DNA of 53,961 nt. Origin: Anaerolineales bacterium (GTDB lineage: Bacteria > Chloroflexota > Anaerolineae > Anaerolineales > RBG-16-64-43). How positions within the stretch are numbered: the first letter of the stretch is position 1; the number at the start of each line of letters is the position of its first letter. This document shows positions 37,244 to 46,027 of the stretch, piece after piece. The notes under the pieces were generated by a model, which saw nothing but the letters and a program-made list of their open reading frames with translations, was not told the DNA's origin and searched no databases. A program made the position numbers and the translations under genes. The DNA lies in the NCBI GenBank assembly GCA_049684495.1, contig JBAVFZ010000279.1:1-53961 (forward strand), written 5' to 3'.

Positions 37244-38290
37244 TTATACCGCCGGCCAGAAACCGGGAACCAGGAGGCGCAGCAGGATATCGCCCAGGAG
37301 CGACAGGACGAACAGATTGGCAAACAAGCGGAAGTGGGAAAAGGTGAAAGCCGAGAACCATGTCGGCCAGAACGTCCACTTTTCGGGCGGCGCCTCCGGG
37401 CGCGGCTTGGTCATCACCGCGGCGGCCAGCAGCGCGCGCCTGCCCGCCAGGAAGGGGATCAGCATGACCGGGGTGAAGTAGCGCGGGACCAGGATCAGAT
37501 ACATGATGATCCCGTACATCAGGACCATGACGAGGATGTTGAGCCAGCGCGCGGCCGCTTCGCCGATCACGACCGGCAGTGTGTGAATTCCCTTTCCCCG
37601 GTCGTCGGACATTTTATCGATGTGCTTGCCGATGTTGATGCTCGCCACGCACAATCCGAAGGGAACGCCCGCCAGCGCCGCAAGTCCGGCGCCCGCCGTT
37701 TCCCCCCTGGCCAGGACGATATACACGCCCGCCACCATGACCGGCCCCCAGATCAGGAAGATCAGCAGTTCGCCGATTGCCATGGATTTCAGCGGCCAGG
37801 TATAGAGCAACAGCACCGCCGCGCCGAAAGCGAACAACCCGATCACGGCCGGGGAAAAATTCGTGTAAAAAAGTGAGTACACTCCCGCCAGGACGGCCAC
37901 CGCTCCGCTGACGGCAAACCAAAGCAACTGTTGGCGCTGCGTCCAAAAATGCTGCGCCAGCGGATGGACGCTGTATTGGGTCCGGAAATACGGCGGCAGG
38001 TCCACGCCCCGGCGGAAATCGGTGTAATCGTTGAGCAGGTTGTTCGCGCCGTGGGCGAAGAACAGGCCGAGCGTCACGATCAGCCAGGGCAGCAGGCTGA
38101 AATGCCCGTCGCGTGCCGCCAGCAACCCGCCGATGATCCCGGAGAAGATTGTTGCCACGGTGACCGCCGAACGCGTGGCGATCAGCCATTTGGCAACCAC
38201 GTCCAGCCGCTCCCACTCGGTTTTGCTCTCCATCTTAACCATAACCAAGTTGGTGATTCCCTTGCCCCACATGGAAACGTTGATACTCAT
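37244..38290 (-). CDS. UbiA-superfamily prenyltransferase, MenA-like
   Basis: NNLLNDYTDFRRGVD matches the NDxxDxxxGxD motif. Polytopic membrane protein. I preferred the ATG at 38290 with SD AAGGGAG over the track's GTG at 38317. Confidence 0.75.
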   Translation of the reverse strand: MSINVSMWGKGITNLVMVKMESKTEWERLDVVAKWLIATRSAVTVATIFSGIIGGLLAARDGHFSLLPWLIVTLGLFFAHGANNLLNDYTDFRRGVDLPPYFRTQYSVHPLAQHFWTQRQQLLWFAVSGAVAVLAGVYSLFYTNFSPAVIGLFAFGAAVLLLYTWPLKSMAIGELLIFLIWGPVMVAGVYIVLARGETAGAGLAALAGVPFGLCVASINIGKHIDKMSDDRGKGIHTLPVVIGEAAARWLNILVMVLMYGIIMYLILVPRYFTPVMLIPFLAGRRALLAAAVMTKPRPEAPPEKWTFWPTWFSAFTFSHFRLFANLFVLSLLGDILLRLLVPGFWPAV

Positions 38291-38325
38291 GGCAACATCT
38301 CCCTTCTTTTTTGACACTTTTTATG

Positions 38326-38384
38326 GGACCCTTAGGGTACCCCAACCCTAAGGGTCCTCCTCGTGGATACCGACCCTAAGGGTC
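38326..38384. repeat. three copies of the palindromic motif ACCCT(T/A)AGGGT; the first two form a perfect 13-bp hairpin
   Basis: GGACCCTTAGGGT (38326-38338) and ACCCTAAGGGTCC (38345-38357) are exact reverse complements. The third copy, GACCCTAAGGGTC, is at 38372-38384. Confidence 0.6.
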
Positions 38385-38433
38385 TCCTATCGGGCGTTCA
38401 ACCGGCCCCCGCGCAGAAGCACGGGGCGGCGGA

Positions 38434-41040
38434 TCATCGCGCGCCCGGCCCATCGTTCGTCATCCGCTCGTAGAAAAACTTTTTGGCGATTTCGGCGACG
38501 ACGACGTACAGCGCCGTCAACCCGATCACCATCAGCATCAGGGGCGCGGGCAACGGAATGAAACCGAACAAATAGTTGAACGGGACGTACGGCAGCACGA
38601 GGGTGACGCCGATAAAGAGCAACGTGCTCACCAGCAAAAGCGTGCCCGGCCGGCTGCGGAAGAATACGCGGCGCGTCCTCACCACCAGGGCGATCACCAA
38701 TTCGGTCAGCAGGGACTCGATGAACCAGCCGGTGCGGAACTCCTCCGGCGAAGCGCGGTAAAGAAACAGCAGCGCCCCGAAGGTCAGGAAGTCGAAGATC
38801 GAACTGACCAGGCCGAAGAGCACCATGTAATCGCGGATAAAGACGGTGTTCCAGCGGCGCGGCTTGGCCACCCATTCCGGATCCACATTGTCGCTGGCGA
38901 TGGTGGTGCCGGGAATGTCCGAAAGGAAGTTGTTGAGCAGGATTTGCGGCGCGAGCAAGGGCAGGAACGGCAGCAGCAGCGAGGCCCCGGCCATGCTGAA
39001 CATGTTGCCGAAATTGGCGCTGATGGTCGTCAGAATATACTTGAGCGTGTTGACGAACGTCGTCCGGCCGACGTCGATCCCCTCCCGCAGAATATCCAAA
39101 TCCTGCTTGAGCAGCACAAAGTCGGCGGCGTCTTTGGCCACATCCACCGCCGTGTCCACCGAGATGCCCACATCGGCGGCGTGCAACGCGGGGGCATCGT
39201 TGATGCCGTCGCCCATATACCCGACCACATGTTTGGTCTTGCGCAGGGCCAGGATGATGCGCTCTTTCTGGTTGGGGTCCACGGCGGCGAAAAGGGTCGT
39301 CCCTTCGGCGGCGTGCCAGAGCGCTTCGTCGGACATGCCGTTCAGCGCGCCGCCGGTCAGAATGCCCGCGACCGGCAGGTGCACGGCCTCGGCCACGTGC
39401 CGGGCCACTTTCTCGTTATCGCCCGTGATGATCTTGAGCTGCACGCCGCGGCTCGCCAGATCCTCGATGGCTTTCTGCACATCGGCTTTCGGCGGATCGA
39501 AGAACGTCAGGAACCCGATCAAGGTCATTTCCTTTTCATCGGTTCGCGAATAGCCGGCGGCCTGCCCTTCCAGGCTCCGGACGGCCACACCCAGCACGCG
39601 AAAGCCTTTTTCGCTCCATTCGCTGTAGTGCTGCTCGATCCCGGCCTGCGCTTTGGCGTCCAGCGGCCGGCTATCACCACCCGTTTGGGCCTGGGTGCAG
39701 ATTTTTAAAATGTTTTCCAGCGCCCCTTTGGTGATGAGGGTGCGCTTCCCCTGCGGATCGGCCGTGACGACGCTCAGGTATTTGCGCACAAAGTCGTACG
39801 GGATTTCATCGATCTTCTTTTCCACGCCCGCTTTTAATCCGGCGGCTTGGGCGGAAGCGATGATGGCATCGTCCAGCGGATTGGTCAGCCCGGTTTGGTA
39901 CTGGGAGTTGAGGTAGGTGGTGTTCAGAACGGCGGCGGAGGGCTGACCCTCGAGGTCGACCGCGCCGTCCAGCCGGACGACGCCTTCGGTGAGCGTGCCG
40001 GTTTTGTCGGTGCAAAGCACGTCCATGCTGCCGAAATTCTCAATCGAGTTCAACCGGCGCACGATGACGCCTTTTTTAGCCATCTGCTGCGCGCCGTGGG
40101 AAAGGGTGATGCTGATGATGGCGGGCAGGAGCTCGGGGGTCAGGCCGACGGCGAGGGCAAGCGCAAAGAGCAGCGAGTCGATCGGCGGCTTGGCGAGGAA
40201 GATGTTGATCGCCAGGACCAGCACCACCATCACCAGCATGACCTGGGTGAGCAGATACCCGAAATTTTGGACGCCCCTTTCAAACTCCGTTTGGGCCGGG
40301 CGCAGGCTGAGCCGCTGGGCAATCTGGCCGAACACGGTGGATTTGCCGGTCTGCACGATCAGCACGTGCGCCGTCCCGCTGCGCACGCTGGTGCCCATAA
40401 AGACGCAATTGGTGCGTTCCGCGAGGCCGGCTTTGGCCGGGAGTATTCCGGCGAACTTCTCCACCGGGAAAGTCTCGCCCGTCAGCACCGCCTGGTTCAC
40501 AAAGAAATCATTGGCTTCCAGCACAATCCCGTCGGCCGGAATCAAACTCCCCGCGGAGAGCAATACCACGTCACCGGGGACCAATTGTTCGGAGGGCACC
40601 ATCTGCGGTTTGCCGCCGCGGATCACATTGGATTTGATGGTTACCTGCGAACGCAATTTCTCAACGGCGTTGCCGGCCCGGAATTCCTGCACGAAGCCGA
40701 GCATCGTGCTGCCGAGGACCACCGCCAGCACGATGATGGCATCCGTCCATTCGCCGACAAAGGCGGAGACAACGGCGGCGAAAATCAGGATCAGCACGAG
40801 CGGGCTTTTAAACTGGCTTGCCAGCAGCCCGATAGCCGGGGTTTGCCGTTGCGCTTTTAGCGCGTTGGGCCCGTACTTTTTGATGCGGTTCTCGGCGTCC
40901 GTTTGCGGAAGGCCATTTTGGGTGGTGTGCAGCATCGGAAGGAGTTGTTCGGCGGTGAGAGTCCAATAGGCGTCCAGAGGCGTGAGGGCCTTCGATGACG
41001 GCGCTTGGGGTTTTTTGGAAAAAAGGCTGAAGGGTTTCAT
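38434..41040 (-). CDS. mgtA: magnesium-translocating P-type ATPase (MgtA/MgtB type)
   Basis: CTDKTGTLT, TGDN, GDGINDAPAL, and the MgtA-like C-terminal block TLKYILTTISANFGNMFSMAGASLLLPFLPLLAPQILLNNFLSD. I chose the ATG at 41040 (MKPFSLF...) because the track extension to 41163 is R/G/P-rich. Confidence 0.9.
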   Translation of the reverse strand: MKPFSLFSKKPQAPSSKALTPLDAYWTLTAEQLLPMLHTTQNGLPQTDAENRIKKYGPNALKAQRQTPAIGLLASQFKSPLVLILIFAAVVSAFVGEWTDAIIVLAVVLGSTMLGFVQEFRAGNAVEKLRSQVTIKSNVIRGGKPQMVPSEQLVPGDVVLLSAGSLIPADGIVLEANDFFVNQAVLTGETFPVEKFAGILPAKAGLAERTNCVFMGTSVRSGTAHVLIVQTGKSTVFGQIAQRLSLRPAQTEFERGVQNFGYLLTQVMLVMVVLVLAINIFLAKPPIDSLLFALALAVGLTPELLPAIISITLSHGAQQMAKKGVIVRRLNSIENFGSMDVLCTDKTGTLTEGVVRLDGAVDLEGQPSAAVLNTTYLNSQYQTGLTNPLDDAIIASAQAAGLKAGVEKKIDEIPYDFVRKYLSVVTADPQGKRTLITKGALENILKICTQAQTGGDSRPLDAKAQAGIEQHYSEWSEKGFRVLGVAVRSLEGQAAGYSRTDEKEMTLIGFLTFFDPPKADVQKAIEDLASRGVQLKIITGDNEKVARHVAEAVHLPVAGILTGGALNGMSDEALWHAAEGTTLFAAVDPNQKERIILALRKTKHVVGYMGDGINDAPALHAADVGISVDTAVDVAKDAADFVLLKQDLDILREGIDVGRTTFVNTLKYILTTISANFGNMFSMAGASLLLPFLPLLAPQILLNNFLSDIPGTTIASDNVDPEWVAKPRRWNTVFIRDYMVLFGLVSSIFDFLTFGALLFLYRASPEEFRTGWFIESLLTELVIALVVRTRRVFFRSRPGTLLLVSTLLFIGVTLVLPYVPFNYLFGFIPLPAPLMLMVIGLTALYVVVAEIAKKFFYERMTNDGPGAR

Positions 41041-41243
41041 CGCATGGCTCCGTTGCGGGCTTCCGCGGCGGCAATGCCGGGCGAAGCCGCTTCGCCGATG
41101 GTGATCTTCCCGTCCGGGATCACGGCCTCCGGGCGGGACTTCAGGTCCGGTTCCTCCGTCCATGGCGCGTGGAATCTGAGCGTCTCGCGGCGGATGCGGC
41201 CGTTGGAATGACCGGAGGGGAAGCCGGGGATCCTGGCTGTCAT
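41037..41243 (-). CDS. 68-codon upstream ORF translationally coupled to mgtA (hypothetical)
   Basis: ATG at 41243 with SD-like GGAAAGGGAA. Third positions are strongly G/C-biased, as in neighbouring genes. Its TGA stop overlaps the mgtA ATG (ATGA, 41040-41037). No family recognised. Confidence 0.35.
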   Translation of the reverse strand: MTARIPGFPSGHSNGRIRRETLRFHAPWTEEPDLKSRPEAVIPDGKITIGEAASPGIAAAEARNGAMR

Positions 41244-41454
41244 CTTATTCCCTTTCCATCGCAGCGGCGTTGGCCGCCTTGTCTGCTGCCGGCGGCCGGA
41301 GTCACCTCCGATGCCGAGTTGGCGCCGGAGGTGTCGAAGGCCGATTGCCGGATAACCCCCTTCCCCGGTGAGGCTTTTTATCCCAGGGACGTTGGAAAGT
41401 CCATCGATCGGGTTGGGCCGTATTCGCGGAAGGCGGTGATTTTCCGGGAATCCC

Positions 41455-41757
41455 TTACTTAAGTTTTTTAATTTCCTGTTCCACTTCTTCCGCCCCTTCG
41501 GCATAGAACTTTTTCTCATCGGGAGCAAGCTCGTAGAGCACTCTCAGAAACTCGCCGGCGTGCACCCGTTCTTCGTCGGCCACGTCCTTGAGCACTTCTT
41601 TGGCCAGTTTGTTATCGATCGAATCGGCAAGCTGCATGTACATTTGAGTTGCTTCGTACTCCGCGGCCACCATGAAACGCATGGCGCTTATGAGCTCCTC
41701 ATTCTTGAGTTTCCGGTCGTTGGCCAATCCTGAAAACGGTGATCCGAAGCCTGGCAT
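41455..41757 (-). CDS. small ferritin-like (ExxH) two-helix protein, resembling the EncFtn / rubrerythrin half-domain
   Basis: The 100-aa sequence carries AAEYEATQMY...DVADEERVHAGEF. This glutamate / ExxH spacing resembles encapsulated-ferritin-type half-ferritins (from memory, not searched). Confidence 0.6.
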   Translation of the reverse strand: MPGFGSPFSGLANDRKLKNEELISAMRFMVAAEYEATQMYMQLADSIDNKLAKEVLKDVADEERVHAGEFLRVLYELAPDEKKFYAEGAEEVEQEIKKLK

Positions 41758-41887
41758 GGTATTCTCCTTTTTACTTTATTTTCGTGCGTGCGTCTCCCGA
41801 CAGCGCCCCCCGGGATGGCCCGTTTCGCGGTTCGTGCCGGGCGGAGCGCTTCGCGGGACAGGGTTTGGGATGCGCGGGGCGACGGCT

Positions 41888-42511
41888 TCAGCCGATGTTC
41901 TCCGCCGCGAAATCCCAATTCATCGCTTTCTCGAGCACGGCGCTGACATAATCCGCGCGCCGGTTCTGGTAATCCAGGTAATAGGCGTGTTCCCAAACGT
42001 CAATGGTCAATACCGGTTTCAGGCCGGACGTCAGCGGCGAATCGGCATTGCCGGTTTTAACCACCTTGAGCTTGCCGCCCTCCAGAACGAGCCACGCCCA
42101 GCCGCTGCCGAACTGGCCCATCGCCGCGGCCGCCAGTTCCTTCTTGAGGGCATCCAGGGTGCCGAAGGACGCCTCGATCTTTTGCTTCACCCCGGCGGGC
42201 GGTTCCCCGCCGCCCTTCGGCTTCAGGCTGCGCCAGTAAAAAGTATGGTTCCAGGTTTGGGCCGCATTATTGAAGATCGCGGTCTTGTCGGGTTTGCCGG
42301 CCGTGGCGGTGATGATTTTCTCGAGCGGCAAGTCCGCAAACTCCGTCCCGGCGATCAGCTTATTCAGGTTATCCACATACGCCTTGTGATGCTTTCCGTA
42401 GTGGAAGCCGATCGTATTCGCGGAGATGACGGGTTCCAGCGCGTTGTCCGCGTATGGCAGGGGTGGCAGGACAAGCGGAGAGGATGTTGCGGCCTTATCG
42501 TTCTTCATCAT
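41888..42511 (-). CDS. Fe/Mn superoxide dismutase
   Basis: [46 protein letters not shown]. Confidence 0.95.
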   Translation of the reverse strand: MMKNDKAATSSPLVLPPLPYADNALEPVISANTIGFHYGKHHKAYVDNLNKLIAGTEFADLPLEKIITATAGKPDKTAIFNNAAQTWNHTFYWRSLKPKGGGEPPAGVKQKIEASFGTLDALKKELAAAAMGQFGSGWAWLVLEGGKLKVVKTGNADSPLTSGLKPVLTIDVWEHAYYLDYQNRRADYVSAVLEKAMNWDFAAENIG

Positions 42512-42646
42512 TTTGCCTCCTATGGCGTAATGGACGTGCCGAACGTTTTCCTTCCGCGGCTCATCCGCAGCAAGGGCTTGTGGGAAGGCCGGACGGTCCG
42601 GTCCCCATTGCCGGTTCTCGCCTGTGCGGCGCCGGCAAATCGGTTT

Positions 42647-43471
42647 TCAAGTCTTTACGAATTCCAGCAAATCGACATTGAGCTGATCTTGGTGCGTGTA
42701 CGCGAGGCCGTGCGGCGCGCCGGAATAGATCTTCAGGGCCGCATTCCGGACCAGCTTCGCGGAACGGAGCGCCGCGGCGCCGATCGGCACAATCTGATCG
42801 TCATCCCCGTGAACGATCAGCGTCGGCACGTCGAACTGCTTGAGGTCTGCGGTGAAATCCGTTTCGGAGAACGCTTTGATGCAGTCGAAAGTGTTTTTAT
42901 GGCCGGCCTGCATCCCCTGGAGCCAGAACGAGTCGATCATGCCCTGTGAGACCTTGGCGCCGGGCCGGTTGGCTCCGAAGAAGGGGCCCCCGGCGAGATC
43001 CTTATAGAACTGTGATCGGTCGGCGCGGCAACCGTCGCGGATTTTATCGAACGCCTCCAACGGCAGACCGCCGGGATTGCCCTCCGTTTTCAGCATCAGG
43101 GGCGGGACGGCGGAGATCAAGGCGGCCTTGGCCACCCGTTTCGTGCCGTGGCGCCCGATATAACGGGCCACTTCGCCGCCGCCCGCGGAGAAGCCGATCA
43201 GAACGGCGCCCGTCAGGTCGAGCGTTTCGATCAGCTCCGCGAGGTCGTCGGCATAGGTATCCATTTCGTTGCCGCTCCAGGGCTGGCTCGACCGTCCATG
43301 GCCGCGGCGGTCATGGGCAATGCAGCGAAAACCGTTCGAGGCCAGAAAGATCATCTGAGCCTCCCAGCTGTCGGCATTCAGCGGCCAGCCGTGGCTGAAC
43401 ACCACGGGCTGTCCTGTTCCCCAGTCTTTGTAATAGATCTGCGTTCCGTCTTTCGTCTTCAGCGTGCCCAT
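42647..43471 (-). CDS. alpha/beta hydrolase of the non-haem chloroperoxidase / arylesterase group
   Basis: [41 protein letters not shown], and the C-terminal GAPHGL. Confidence 0.85.
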   Translation of the reverse strand: MGTLKTKDGTQIYYKDWGTGQPVVFSHGWPLNADSWEAQMIFLASNGFRCIAHDRRGHGRSSQPWSGNEMDTYADDLAELIETLDLTGAVLIGFSAGGGEVARYIGRHGTKRVAKAALISAVPPLMLKTEGNPGGLPLEAFDKIRDGCRADRSQFYKDLAGGPFFGANRPGAKVSQGMIDSFWLQGMQAGHKNTFDCIKAFSETDFTADLKQFDVPTLIVHGDDDQIVPIGAAALRSAKLVRNAALKIYSGAPHGLAYTHQDQLNVDLLEFVKT

Positions 43472-43529
43472 AGGTTGACTCCATTTCTAATGGCGGCTAC
43501 GAATTTCCGGTATTGCTTCTTCTTTTGGA

Positions 43530-44087
43530 TCAAGGTTGGGACGGTTGGCGCCGGCCCCAGGTGCGCTGGACGGGATAGCGGCGATGCCAATAACCGGCCT
43601 GCACGACGATCCCGACGACGATCAATCCCAGGAAGATCACCCAGTACAGGGCCGAGGCTGGGATGGACAAGGACGTCACGATGATGTTCGCTCCCAGCAG
43701 CACGGACAGGATGATGATGGCCCAATCGAAAAATGCGGCCACCAGGATCAACCCGATAATGCCGCCGACGAGGTAGATCACCCAACTCCCGGATGCGAGG
43801 GTCAGCCCCAGGGAAACGGCGAGCGTGGTCGCCACATATCCGCCAGCCAGGAAACCGGCGATCAGGATGGCCAACCATTCCAGCATGAGGGCCAGGACGG
43901 CCCCGATGACCCCGGCGACGACGGCGATCAGCAGGATGACCAGTTCCGGCTGGCCGGCCATATATTGCGTGGCGAAGGTGAGCCCGGCGACAAAACCGGC
44001 CACGGCCACGAAAATCCAGAAGGCGCGCCTGCCGAAGAGCAGCAATACGATTCCCAAAGCCAGCATCATGAACGTTGAGATTGTCAT
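43530..44087 (-). CDS. hypothetical membrane protein (5-6 TM, Gly/Ala/Ile-rich; possibly DUF4203-like)
   Basis: The 185-aa ORF has regular hydrophobic helices. The family guess is from memory only. Confidence 0.6.
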   Translation of the reverse strand: MTISTFMMLALGIVLLLFGRRAFWIFVAVAGFVAGLTFATQYMAGQPELVILLIAVVAGVIGAVLALMLEWLAILIAGFLAGGYVATTLAVSLGLTLASGSWVIYLVGGIIGLILVAAFFDWAIIILSVLLGANIIVTSLSIPASALYWVIFLGLIVVGIVVQAGYWHRRYPVQRTWGRRQPSQP

Positions 44088-44251
44088 TTCAAGCTCCTTT
44101 TTTCCGCAAGATTTTTATGAACTTCCCGGGCAGCGCACGGGTTCCAGAATGGCTCCGCCCGGGTGGATCACCGCAAGCGCCGAGTCCCGGGCGATCAAGC
44201 CGGGATCGGGCGCACACTTCCGCGTTCCATCTCGGACAGACCTCCCGGCCG

Positions 44252-45901
44252 TTACGGGACCGACGCTATCGCCGTATTAACGATAGCCTGCGCTTCCTCC
44301 TGGATCCTGTGCAGGTGATCTATTCCGAGAAAGCTTTCCGCATAAATCTTGTAAATATTCTCCGTTCCGGATGGGCGCGCCGCGAACCATCCGTTTTCGG
44401 CCGCCATTTTGAGTCCTCCAATCGGGGCGTTGTTGCCCGGCGCGGCGGTCAGGATGGCCTGGATTTTTTCGCCGCCAAGATCTTTGATTTTGACCTGCTC
44501 CGGCGCGAGCTTCGCCAGGGCCGCCTTCTGTTCGGGTGTGGCCGGCGCATCGATCCGCTCGTAAACCGGCTCGCCAAACTCGCGCGTGAGTTCGCGGTAG
44601 ATCTCGCCCGGGTCGCGCCCCATCCGGGCGGTGATCTCGGCGGCGAGCAACGCCAGGATGATCCCATCCTTGTCCGTCGTCCACACATTGCCATCCAGGC
44701 GGGCGAAGGACGCTCCGGCGCTTTCTTCACCGCCGAAGCCCAACGAGCCGTCGAGCAGCCCGTCCACGAACCACTTGAAGCCGACCGGCACCTCGTACAG
44801 CGGGCGGCCGAGCTTTGCGGCGACGCGGTCGATCATCCGGCTGCTTACCAGCGTCTTGCCGACCGCGGCCGTCCGGGTCCACTTCGGCCGGTGCTGGAAG
44901 AGGTAATGGACGGCCACCGCCAGATAGGAGTTTGGCGGAAGCAGCCCCGCCGTGCGCGTGACGATCCCGTGCCGGTCGTGGTCCGTATCGCACCCGAAGG
45001 CGACCGCGTATCGATCCTTCATGCCGATCAGGCTCTGCATGGCGTACGGCGACGAGGGGTCCATGCGGATCCGGCCGTCCCAATCCACCGTCATGAACCG
45101 GAAGGTGGGATCGACGGCCGGGTTGACGACCGCCAGGTTCAACCCGTAGCGTTCGGCGATCGGCCCCCAGTAGTGGACTCCCGCGCCGCCGAGCGGATCG
45201 ACCCCCAGGCTGATCTTGGACGCGCGGATCACGTCCAGATCCAGAACATTGGCAAGGTCGCCGACGTAGGCGTTTAGATAATCGTAGCGGTGTGTTGTGC
45301 CGGCGCGCAGCGCCTTCTCCCGGGAAATTCTTTTTACGCCTGAAAGTTTATTCTCGAGGAACTCGTTTGCTTTCGTTTCGATCCAGCCGGTGATGGTGCC
45401 TTCCGCCGGGCCGCCGTGCGGCGGGTTGTATTTGAAGCCCCCGTCGTGCGGCGGATTGTGGGAGGGGGTGATGACGATTCCATCGGCGAGTCCGGTCTTG
45501 CGCCCGCGGTTGTAGACGAGGATCGCATGGGAAACGGCCGGGGTCGGGGTATATTCGTCCCCTTCGGAAATCATCACTTCGACTCCGTTCGCGGCCAGCA
45601 CTTCCAACGCGCTGGCCAATGCCGGCACCGAGAGGGCGTGCGTATCCATGCCGAGGAACAGCGGGCCGTCGATAGTATGGGCCGCCCGGTACAGGCAAAT
45701 GGCCTGGCTGATGGCGAGGATGTGCCATTCGTTGAAGGATCTCTCGAAGGCCGAACCGCGGTGCCCGGACGTGCCGAACGCAACCCGCTGCTCCGGAATC
45801 GAGGCATCCGGCGCGTCCGCATAATAGGCTGTGACGAGACCGGGCACATCGACAAGCGAAGCCGGATCGGCGGGTTTTCCCGCAAGAGGGCTGACCTTCA
45901 T
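44252..45901 (-). CDS. pgm: phosphoglucomutase (alpha-D-glucose phosphate-specific)
   Basis: FGTSGHRGSA, GIVITPSHNPPHDGGFKYNPPHGGPA, GVDPLGGAG and GGEESAGASF are colinear with enterobacterial Pgm. ATG at 45901 with a GGAGGAAAC SD. Confidence 0.95.
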   Translation of the reverse strand: MKVSPLAGKPADPASLVDVPGLVTAYYADAPDASIPEQRVAFGTSGHRGSAFERSFNEWHILAISQAICLYRAAHTIDGPLFLGMDTHALSVPALASALEVLAANGVEVMISEGDEYTPTPAVSHAILVYNRGRKTGLADGIVITPSHNPPHDGGFKYNPPHGGPAEGTITGWIETKANEFLENKLSGVKRISREKALRAGTTHRYDYLNAYVGDLANVLDLDVIRASKISLGVDPLGGAGVHYWGPIAERYGLNLAVVNPAVDPTFRFMTVDWDGRIRMDPSSPYAMQSLIGMKDRYAVAFGCDTDHDRHGIVTRTAGLLPPNSYLAVAVHYLFQHRPKWTRTAAVGKTLVSSRMIDRVAAKLGRPLYEVPVGFKWFVDGLLDGSLGFGGEESAGASFARLDGNVWTTDKDGIILALLAAEITARMGRDPGEIYRELTREFGEPVYERIDAPATPEQKAALAKLAPEQVKIKDLGGEKIQAILTAAPGNNAPIGGLKMAAENGWFAARPSGTENIYKIYAESFLGIDHLHRIQEEAQAIVNTAIASVP

Positions 45902-46027
45902 CGTTTCCTCCGCCGTTCCGGCGCTTTTCCCAGGCTCAGGCAATTCCAAAGGCTCCATAAGCCCAATCCCCGATCGCCGAAGAAGGAAACGGTTGGTGCG
46001 GGACGGGCCGGAATCGGATCGAATCTG

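Noticed and set aside
41355-41450. M-box (Mg2+ riboswitch)-like strings next to mgtA: GGTGAGGCT, CCCAGGGACGTTGGAAAGTCC...GGGTT, AAGGCGGTGATTTT.
   Set aside because: They are on the plus strand, antisense to the mgtA leader, and no plus-strand gene lies downstream. A single 9-mer match is near chance expectation for about 108 kb of two-strand sequence, and the P2 helix region is missing. Only an Infernal scan could revive this.
41672-42949. 425-aa plus-strand ORF spanning the SOD region.
   Set aside because: It is antisense to an unambiguous Fe/Mn SOD and to the chloroperoxidase-like gene, with an R/G-rich translation.
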